Source: Methanobacteriota archaeon (lineage in GTDB: Archaea > Thermoplasmatota > Thermoplasmata > SG8-5 > JAGLSY01). Taken from it: DNA of 64,000 nucleotides. The stretch lies in the NCBI GenBank assembly GCA_020697715.1, contig JAEHCO010000001.1:778149-842148 (forward strand), read 5' to 3'. The notes below the pieces were generated by a model. That model saw only the letters and a program-made list of their open reading frames with translations, did not search any database and was not told the DNA's origin. The position numbers and the translations under genes were made by a program. Of the stretch, positions 19,768 to 27,931 are shown one piece after another (position 1 is the stretch's first letter; the number at the start of each line of letters is the position of its first letter).

Positions 19768-22458
19768 ATGATGGATACGAGAAAAATACTGACTCTGGCG
19801 ATAATAACCCTAATGATGTGTGGAAGCGTGTTGATAGTCACACCTTATACACCTGCAGTAGCGGAGGATTCAGCCAAGGTCTTTGAAGCCCTAGATGGTG
19901 GATTCCCATTGGCTTATCAAACAACCATGGATCAGAGTTGTGAAGATGCAGTTGATCATTACACTGTTAGTTCCGGGGTTCCGTGGGCCCAGACATTCAA
20001 GCCAACAATAACAGGTAGGCTTTTAAGTGTCGATCTCCAACTTTATGCTGATGCTCCGATCACAACATCAATTCGCTGTGAGATCAGGACCACTCACTGG
20101 GACACTGACAAATGGGTTCCAGATGATGTGGGTGGTAGGATAACCTTTGAGGGTGATTCCCAGACACTGACAACATCTCCCACCTGGCATCAATCTACAA
20201 TATCGACCAAACCGATCTTAACAGCCGGAGAGACCTATGCATTGGTGCTTGTATGGTTGAGCCAGGATTTCAAATGGAGTTGCCTAGGGAGCTATGGGGA
20301 TGGAGATGGCTTCAACACTGGTGATGGAGGAACCACTTGGAGTGCCAATGGTGCCGAGAACTTTGGCTTCCGCACTTATATGGAAGAGCCAAACAATGAG
20401 CTTTCAAAGGTCGCCTGGCATGGTAATAATGACTATGCATATGGAGTCGATGGAACCTCAAGCAACCTATACAAATTCACAAGGGATACCGGCTCATGGT
20501 CCAATGCAGGAGAGCTTGAACCAGGGGCTACATTCAATGACATAGTCTATGATCCAAGCACATCCCTATTTTACATAGTTGGCCAGGATAATAGCGGCTA
20601 TGCAGCTGGTTGGATGTACAATCACGACACCGGGACACCAACCTATCTGATAGACACATTTGTGACCGGGGCATTCTATGGGGTGGAATACGCGGCTCCT
20701 TACGAGCATCCTTATCTGTTCCTAGCAGTTGGAGAAGATACAGCCAATGGCAAGGCCTACATGTGCTGGTATGATGATAATTCTCCATGGTGGGCTGCGG
20801 AAGACACCAGTCCCAGTCCAGATGATGCTCTCGGAGATGTGATTTACGATGTCACCTGGAATAGAATAAATGACGGAGGCAGTGATTATTTCTGTGTTGG
20901 AGAGGACGCGTCAGGATTCGGAGTGGTATACTACATTGGTGGCCCCTTGGAAAACGGAATGGATGTTGGAGCTACACAATTCTGGGACCCCATAAGCTCA
21001 TTGAAAGCCATAGACTATCATCCCACACAGCCCTATGCGATAATGGTCGGTGAGAACACTGACTCACTGGGAAATGCATACTTGTTCAACAGTGCCTGGG
21101 ATCAACCCACGATGATCGCAAATACAACAGACACTCTTTTTGATGTGGACTGGCGCCCTGATGGGGAGATGGCTGTGGCTGTTGGAGCTAAGTTGAATGG
21201 TAAAGGTGTCATGTACCAGCATCACGAAGATACTGATTATGTAATTGATCTATCTGCTGCCCTGTCTCCAGATACTGAAGCCCTATTTGGCGTCGCTATG
21301 AAGGGATTCTCCAGCCCCAGCTCTGGCCTCATAGTTGGAAGTTCAGGAGCAGTTGGATTTTATCCGTCGGCGGTTGATTCTGGAACGACGATAACAGTAA
21401 GCTCTGAAGAACCACATATGTTCAATATGGATATGTGGAAAACATTGGATGCTGGACGTGTATCCAAATTGAATTCACAGGTGGATGTGGAGACTACTTA
21501 CTCATTCATGGCCGAGGTCAACTACACGAAGGGCGGCATTGACCAGTTCTACACAGACGGAGACGACGATATCTATGTGATCCTGACCGCTTGGTATGAC
21601 AATGGAGCCGCTCCTTCCAGCCTACCAGGTCAGGATGATCACAACAGGACAAAGGAGTTCCAGGCAATTTGGGTAGAAGGAGTGGCTGCACCTGGAAATG
21701 CAGGTATGATGTATCCTGTTGGAAGTCCAGGAACTGATGAGGTACAGCTTGATAGCTATGGCTTCGAGATAGGGGCAGGTGACCATTATTACATCTACTT
21801 CAATCTGACATTCGGACCTCAAATGTGGGCGGCTGATGGTAATGGATTTGCAAATGGCGCATCCTCCGATGTCTATGATTACACCACCAGCTATGATGAT
21901 CCAAATAGCTGGGATTTTGTAATGACCGTGGAGGATGCGAACTTCAACAGTGCATCGAACTCCAGCTTCGAAGAGTTCGGAATATTCCAATTCACAAACA
22001 TAACAGTGTCTGGGAATCCGGGCGGAAACGCTCCGCCAGGGTCGAGCACACAGCTTGGACCGAATAGCCAGATAATGGTTTCTTCCAATATTGACTATTA
22101 TGTCAATGTCTCGATCCCGGATCTGGCCAAAGTTGGTGGAGGGCTGCCAATACTGGCAACCAATGTGGCAGTGAACATAACAAGCCCATTTGCCAACAAT
22201 ACGAATTCGATGATAAATGGAACTGCAGTGAATTTCCCAGGAGCCAATCAGACATTGAGCATATGGGGCAACACGAGCCAGGCCTTTGGAGACTGGGTTG
22301 TTGCAGCACCATTGAACAGTACGACGGCTCATGGACCGCAAGGAGCGGACTTCCAGAGCATTGGAACGACCGACTTAGAATGGTGGATCGATGTGCCAGG
22401 CGGTACAGCTGAAGGCATATATCAAGCCACGATAACATTCAAAATTGGATACTATTGA
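19768..22458 (+). CDS. Array gene 7: member with AQTF-type insert
   Basis: GGGGGTGA SD; signal peptide-AEDSAK; WAQTFKP...NFGFRTYM insert; ends GIYQATITFKIGYY. Confidence 0.9.
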   Translation: MMDTRKILTLAIITLMMCGSVLIVTPYTPAVAEDSAKVFEALDGGFPLAYQTTMDQSCEDAVDHYTVSSGVPWAQTFKPTITGRLLSVDLQLYADAPITTSIRCEIRTTHWDTDKWVPDDVGGRITFEGDSQTLTTSPTWHQSTISTKPILTAGETYALVLVWLSQDFKWSCLGSYGDGDGFNTGDGGTTWSANGAENFGFRTYMEEPNNELSKVAWHGNNDYAYGVDGTSSNLYKFTRDTGSWSNAGELEPGATFNDIVYDPSTSLFYIVGQDNSGYAAGWMYNHDTGTPTYLIDTFVTGAFYGVEYAAPYEHPYLFLAVGEDTANGKAYMCWYDDNSPWWAAEDTSPSPDDALGDVIYDVTWNRINDGGSDYFCVGEDASGFGVVYYIGGPLENGMDVGATQFWDPISSLKAIDYHPTQPYAIMVGENTDSLGNAYLFNSAWDQPTMIANTTDTLFDVDWRPDGEMAVAVGAKLNGKGVMYQHHEDTDYVIDLSAALSPDTEALFGVAMKGFSSPSSGLIVGSSGAVGFYPSAVDSGTTITVSSEEPHMFNMDMWKTLDAGRVSKLNSQVDVETTYSFMAEVNYTKGGIDQFYTDGDDDIYVILTAWYDNGAAPSSLPGQDDHNRTKEFQAIWVEGVAAPGNAGMMYPVGSPGTDEVQLDSYGFEIGAGDHYYIYFNLTFGPQMWAADGNGFANGASSDVYDYTTSYDDPNSWDFVMTVEDANFNSASNSSFEEFGIFQFTNITVSGNPGGNAPPGSSTQLGPNSQIMVSSNIDYYVNVSIPDLAKVGGGLPILATNVAVNITSPFANNTNSMINGTAVNFPGANQTLSIWGNTSQAFGDWVVAAPLNSTTAHGPQGADFQSIGTTDLEWWIDVPGGTAEGIYQATITFKIGYY
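22102..22416 (+). repeat. 315-bp direct repeat, copy 1 (C-terminal domain of gene 7)
   Basis: Matches 24761-25075 with 4 mismatches by manual alignment. Confidence 0.9.
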
Positions 22459-22477
22459 GGTGGATGATGGAGGTGGA

Positions 22478-25117
22478 ATGATGAGTGGAAATAGAGAAAT
22501 GAAAAAGATACTGGCCATGGCTTTAGTTAGCATCATGGTCTGCGCAAGCATAGTGATAGTTTTACCGAATAACACGGTAATGGCAGAGGATTCTGCAAAA
22601 CCTTTTGTGGATTTGAACACGGGCTATCCCCTTCCGAGTTTTAATTTGGACCAAGAACAGAGTATGGAAGGAACGATCGTTACTATGTCTGGGTTCTGGA
22701 TGGCCCAAACTTTCACGGCAGGAATAACAGAGAATTTAGCAATAGCTAGTATACATTTTGCCTCATGGCCTGATGTCGAAGATATATCTGTGTACATCTA
22801 TGATACAAGCGGCGGTCTGCCAAATACCGTAATGGCTACAGAAACATTAGCAGGACCAACTGTTCTGGACAATGAATGGTTCAATGTTACCTTTGACCCG
22901 CAGCCATCATTGATAATAGGTGTGCAGTATGCAGTGGTATTCAAGAGTTCTGGCTCCGGCGGAAGTCCGGATTTGATGAACATGGATGTTTATGCAGGTG
23001 GGAGTGCCTACCAGAGCTTTGACGGAAATACATGGATGGACGTTAACAACCCTCTTTGGGACTTCACATTCAGAACATATTACGCTTCATCTGAATCCGG
23101 CTTGACCAATATTGCCTGGCATGAATCTGGGGACTATGCATTGGCCGTCTCAGGAGCAGATGATGGGAACATATACAGATATCAAAGATCTAACAACACC
23201 TGGTACTTGGCCTTCAATACTAATCCTAGTGGAACCAATAATGATATCATTTATGATGCAACTTGGGAGAATTTCTTCATTGTCGGAGCTATAGGTGGAT
23301 TCACGCATTCATACACTTGGAACGAGACATTTGGTCTCGTGGATCTGGGATCTACATTTTCTGATGGGCCGTACGAAGGTGTTGTGGCTTGTTCAGCTCC
23401 CTATTATTTCCTGGCAGTAGGGCATGATCTTGCTAATGTGGGCAAATTCGCATGGTACAATAAATCAAGTGCCAGTTATGAGGAATATTTCACCCCCTCT
23501 GATGAATGGCTGTACGATGTGACCTATTCTCCAACCGAAGGGAATTACTATGCAGTTGGAGACCTCGGTGGAACTGGTATTGTTTATCAATTTGATTATC
23601 CTGGCGACTCAACCGGATTACGGATTAGCGATGCCTGGAATGATACTTTCAGCCCTCTGTATTCCGTGGATTGGAGCCCCTTAGGTGGTGGGAATAATTA
23701 TGGACTCATGGCCGGATCAAATAGTCAAGGCAATGGCAATGTTCACAGGCTCAATCCTGGACCATCATATGATTCGATAATGAGTACCAGCGATACAATC
23801 TGGGATATTGATTGGCATCCTAATGGAGAAATGGCCATTCTAGTGGGTGAGACCAATGTTGGAAACGGTGCAATATATAGCCATTACCCTCAAAACCTAC
23901 AAAGTAAGTTAAGCAATGATCCAGATTATCCTTCACCCTTTTATGGTATTGCGATGAAAGGTTATTCCAGCCCCAGCTCGGGATTGATAATCGGAAATTC
24001 TGGCTCAGTAGGGTTTTACCCGTCTGCCATTGATTCAGGAACTACGATAACCGTGAACGCGGCCTTCCCTCACAACTTCGACATAGACATGTGGAAGACC
24101 AGTGACGGGATCGGAGGAAGCTCCAAGCTCAATACACAGGTCGATGTGGAGGAGACATACACCTTCATGGCCGAGGTCAATTACTCTGTCAGTGGCACTG
24201 ACCAATTCTATGCTGATGGTGTAAATGATGTGAGGATCGAGCTGTCGGCCTTCTTCGATGAGGGAGCCACACCGGGAGTGTTCCCAGCAACGGATGACCA
24301 GCACAGGACAAGAGCCTTTGTCGCTCTCTGGGAAGAAGGAAATGTGCCTTTCACGGATACGGCCAGCATGCAATATCCTATCGGTAGTCCCGGAACAGAT
24401 GAGTTCACCCTGGACAGCTTCTGGTTGGATTCTTCAGCACCTGGAGATCACTATTACATTTACATCAACATAACCTTTGGACCCCAAACATGGGCGGCCA
24501 GTGGTCCCTTTGGCGGAGCTTCTACAGATATCAATGACGATGTCCAATCATTGGATGATTCTAATACCTGGGACTTCGAGATGAGGATATATGACTCTAA
24601 TTATGGTGGAGCAACCAATTCCACATATGAGGAATTCGGCATTTTCCAGCACACGAACATAACCGTATCTGGAAATCCTGGCGGCAATGCGCCACCAGGG
24701 TCAAATGCGCAGTTGGGACCGAACAGCCAGATCGCAGTTTCTTCCAATATCGATTATTACGTCAATGTCTCGATCCCGGATCTGGCCAAAGTTGGTGGAG
24801 GGCTGCCAATACTGGCAACCAATGTGGCAGTGAACATAACAAGCCCATTTGCCAACAATACGAATTCGATGATAAATGGAACTGCAATGAACTTCCCTGG
24901 AGCCAATCAGACATTGAGCATATGGGGCAACACGAGCCAGGCCTTTGGAGACTGGGTTGTTGCAGCACCATTGAACAGTACGACGGCTCATGGATCGCAA
25001 GGAGCGGACTTCCAGAGCATTGGAACGACCGACTTAGAATGGTGGATCGATGTGCCAGGCGGTACAGCTGAAGGCGTGTACCAGGCATCTGTGACATTCA
25101 GGATAGGGTACTACTAG
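22478..25117 (+). CDS. Array gene 8: member with AQTF-type insert
   Basis: GGAGGTGG SD (start could be 22478, 22481 or 22499); AEDSAK; MAQTFTAG...DFTFRTYY insert; ends GVYQASVTFRIGYY. Confidence 0.88.
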   Translation: MMSGNREMKKILAMALVSIMVCASIVIVLPNNTVMAEDSAKPFVDLNTGYPLPSFNLDQEQSMEGTIVTMSGFWMAQTFTAGITENLAIASIHFASWPDVEDISVYIYDTSGGLPNTVMATETLAGPTVLDNEWFNVTFDPQPSLIIGVQYAVVFKSSGSGGSPDLMNMDVYAGGSAYQSFDGNTWMDVNNPLWDFTFRTYYASSESGLTNIAWHESGDYALAVSGADDGNIYRYQRSNNTWYLAFNTNPSGTNNDIIYDATWENFFIVGAIGGFTHSYTWNETFGLVDLGSTFSDGPYEGVVACSAPYYFLAVGHDLANVGKFAWYNKSSASYEEYFTPSDEWLYDVTYSPTEGNYYAVGDLGGTGIVYQFDYPGDSTGLRISDAWNDTFSPLYSVDWSPLGGGNNYGLMAGSNSQGNGNVHRLNPGPSYDSIMSTSDTIWDIDWHPNGEMAILVGETNVGNGAIYSHYPQNLQSKLSNDPDYPSPFYGIAMKGYSSPSSGLIIGNSGSVGFYPSAIDSGTTITVNAAFPHNFDIDMWKTSDGIGGSSKLNTQVDVEETYTFMAEVNYSVSGTDQFYADGVNDVRIELSAFFDEGATPGVFPATDDQHRTRAFVALWEEGNVPFTDTASMQYPIGSPGTDEFTLDSFWLDSSAPGDHYYIYINITFGPQTWAASGPFGGASTDINDDVQSLDDSNTWDFEMRIYDSNYGGATNSTYEEFGIFQHTNITVSGNPGGNAPPGSNAQLGPNSQIAVSSNIDYYVNVSIPDLAKVGGGLPILATNVAVNITSPFANNTNSMINGTAMNFPGANQTLSIWGNTSQAFGDWVVAAPLNSTTAHGSQGADFQSIGTTDLEWWIDVPGGTAEGVYQASVTFRIGYY
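24761..25075 (+). repeat. 315-bp direct repeat, copy 2 (C-terminal domain of gene 8)
   Basis: Matches 22102-22416 with 4 mismatches. Confidence 0.9.
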
Positions 25118-25172
25118 GAGATATACAAATCCAAAAAATCATGAATAATGAGGTGAAAAAACAAAAAAGGAG

Positions 25173-27848
25173 ATGAGAAAAATGATAGAAATGAAAAAGA
25201 TATTGGCCATAGTGATCACGATTGCTATGGCAAGTGCTAGTTTAGTGATAGTTCTACCGAACAACACGGTAGTTGCTGAGGATTCTGCAAGGCCACTTGC
25301 TGGTCTGTCCGATGGATTGCCAGCAACAATGAATGTGGTGGATCAAAGAGATGAGGGCATAGGGTCATTCTTTACTGTAGATGATACTAACCAATTAGCC
25401 CAGAGGTTCACATGCGGTGTGGATGGAGACCTTACAAGTATAGACCTACACGTGTCTGGATCCTTTGATAATGGTGGCAACTTGTTTTATCAGATCCAGG
25501 ATGGTAGCGGTCCTTTACCTGGAACTCCACTCGATGTGGCTGAAATGATACCGATCAGTTTTCTAGGGGGAGGATGGAATAATCTTGCATTACCACCAAC
25601 AGATCTGTCTGAAGGTATGACATATGCTATTGTGATCTGGGCCTCCTCTACTAATTCGGTCGACATATCGATCGATACAGGAGCTCTATACGGTGGCTTG
25701 GGTTCCATGTCTATGAACGGTGGAGCATCCTTCAGTCCACTGGGAGGGCAGGATGTTACTTTCAGAACCTACATGGAGATCCCTTTCACTATGAGCAAGG
25801 TGGCATGGCATTCAAGTGGAGACTATGCTCTAGGTATAGCAAGTGGCACAGACCATGTTTACAAATATACACGAAATTCCATGGCCTGGGCCAGTGAGTA
25901 CGACCTTGCTAACGATATGATCTTCAATGATATAGAATACAGTGAGCATTTTGGTCTTTTCTACATCGTGGGAGATGATATTGGAAATTCATGGGCCAAA
26001 GCCTGGAGCTATTATGAGCCAACACAGAGCTTATTGGACCTTAATGCACCTCAACTTGCCTCAACAGACTTCAACTGCCTTTGTCTGGCAGATGAGGGTG
26101 GTACAACTGATTACGCCTTCTTGGCCTTCGGATTTGACTATGGTCAATGGTACGATGAGGGCAATGATATCTGGGTCGAAGTGACCGGAGGATTGAGCGC
26201 AGCTGTGGATGTGATGGATGTAACCTGGGACCATGGATATGGCTCTATATCATATTGGGCTGTTGGAGATAGTGCTGGTTCTGGATACTTGTATTATTTC
26301 ACCGGCGCGGGTGATACTGCAGCAGCACAATACAATCCTTCAGTATGGGGTGCAGTTGGATCATTCAGTGGTATTGAATGGCAGCCTGCTGGAGCCTCGG
26401 ATCATGCCGTGATAGTCGGTGAGAATTTAGGAGATGGAAATGTCTGGAGCTGGGATGGTACGACTGCAGAAGCTTTGTTAAACACCACTGATACCTATAC
26501 TGATGTTTCCTGGCACCCTGATGGAAGCATGGCCATGGCCGTTGGTTACACAGCATCAGATGATGGTGTGATCTACCACTATATTCCAGATAATGGCGCA
26601 ATGATCAAAATGAGCACAGATGGTGATCATGGAAAGCTATATGGTGTTGATGTCAAAGGCTGGACCAGTCCAAGCTCTGGATTGATAGTTGGATCCAGCG
26701 GAGCAGTTGGTTCTTACCTTTCAGCATCAGACGGAGATACGACATTGACCGTCAATGCCGCTTTCCCGCACATATACGATATCGACATGTGGAAAACCAG
26801 CGACGCTGGTGAGACATCCACACTTAACTCAAGAGTGGATGTTGAAGATACCTACACCTTCTACACCGAAGTGAACTACACGATAGGAGGTACAGATCAG
26901 TTTTTCGATGGTACCAATAACACCTTCGTGGACCTTACAGCGTGGTTCGATGATGGAAATGATGCAACAAGCATGACGCCATCAGCAAGTGACGATTCCC
27001 ACAGAACTAGGAAGTTCGTGGCCAGGCTTTACGAGACAACCAGCTTGGTCGCAAGCGGTGTTACAGGATCGGTCATCTATCCAGACACGACAACCAATGA
27101 AATCTTGTTTGATAGTGTCGGATGCAGCGGACCATACGGTGCTGATGACAGGTACGGTGTTTGGATCAATGTAACATTCGGAGCTCAGATGAGAGCTGGC
27201 GATGGCCAGAATTATGCAAATGGAGCTGCAGGTAGTATATTCGACAGCAACCAGGCATTCGATGATGATGACAGCTGGAACTTCCAGATGCAGATATTCG
27301 ATAATGACTTCCCTGGAGCGACGAACACCACATACGAGGAGTTCGGAATATTCATGGCCACTAACATCACAGTGTCCAATAATCCAAGTGTCAATGCTCC
27401 TCCAGGAAGTGTGAGCCAGGCATTTGATTCCAACAGTCTGATCACTTATTCGGCAAATATTCCATACCACGTGAATGTGTCAATTGAGAGATTGAACTTG
27501 ACAACCGATGATACCAAATTCATACCCGCCAGTAATGTCAATGCAAGTCTTGTCGACATGTACCCAGTTGGATTCGATCTTGAACCATACACTGAGATAA
27601 ATTCAACGTGGGGAGCTGCTGGAAGACCTTTCGCAGCACCCGGCGCAGAGCGTATGGTATGGGGCAATACAAGCCAGGCAACCGAGCTGGTACCAGCTCC
27701 AAACAATGGAACTGCTGCACATGGTCCTGTATACTCGAACTTTGACGGATATGGAGCCACGGAGGTCGCATGGTGGATAAGCGTGCCAGGAGCTACATCT
27801 GAAGGTATTTATCAGGCGTCGATAACCTTCAAGATCGGGTACTATTGA
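25173..27848 (+). CDS. Array gene 9: member with AQTF-type insert
   Basis: Signal peptide-AEDSAR; LAQRFTCG...DVTFRTYM insert; ends GIYQASITFKIGYY. Start may be 25182 or 25191. Confidence 0.88.
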   Translation: MRKMIEMKKILAIVITIAMASASLVIVLPNNTVVAEDSARPLAGLSDGLPATMNVVDQRDEGIGSFFTVDDTNQLAQRFTCGVDGDLTSIDLHVSGSFDNGGNLFYQIQDGSGPLPGTPLDVAEMIPISFLGGGWNNLALPPTDLSEGMTYAIVIWASSTNSVDISIDTGALYGGLGSMSMNGGASFSPLGGQDVTFRTYMEIPFTMSKVAWHSSGDYALGIASGTDHVYKYTRNSMAWASEYDLANDMIFNDIEYSEHFGLFYIVGDDIGNSWAKAWSYYEPTQSLLDLNAPQLASTDFNCLCLADEGGTTDYAFLAFGFDYGQWYDEGNDIWVEVTGGLSAAVDVMDVTWDHGYGSISYWAVGDSAGSGYLYYFTGAGDTAAAQYNPSVWGAVGSFSGIEWQPAGASDHAVIVGENLGDGNVWSWDGTTAEALLNTTDTYTDVSWHPDGSMAMAVGYTASDDGVIYHYIPDNGAMIKMSTDGDHGKLYGVDVKGWTSPSSGLIVGSSGAVGSYLSASDGDTTLTVNAAFPHIYDIDMWKTSDAGETSTLNSRVDVEDTYTFYTEVNYTIGGTDQFFDGTNNTFVDLTAWFDDGNDATSMTPSASDDSHRTRKFVARLYETTSLVASGVTGSVIYPDTTTNEILFDSVGCSGPYGADDRYGVWINVTFGAQMRAGDGQNYANGAAGSIFDSNQAFDDDDSWNFQMQIFDNDFPGATNTTYEEFGIFMATNITVSNNPSVNAPPGSVSQAFDSNSLITYSANIPYHVNVSIERLNLTTDDTKFIPASNVNASLVDMYPVGFDLEPYTEINSTWGAAGRPFAAPGAERMVWGNTSQATELVPAPNNGTAAHGPVYSNFDGYGATEVAWWISVPGATSEGIYQASITFKIGYY
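27090..27846 (+). repeat. Near-identical 3' region shared by genes 9 and 10 (partner ~29399-30155)
   Basis: Long identical DNA runs, e.g. CAACCAATGAAATCTTGTTTGATAGTGTCGGATGCAGCGGACCATACGGTGCTGATGACAGG, in both genes; proteins nearly identical here. Confidence 0.85.
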
Positions 27849-27931
27849 ATGATATGAGATAAAATTCATGAAATCAAGAAAAAATGAAAAAATGAGGAAA
27901 GGAGGAAAAATGTAAAAAAGGAGATGAGAAA

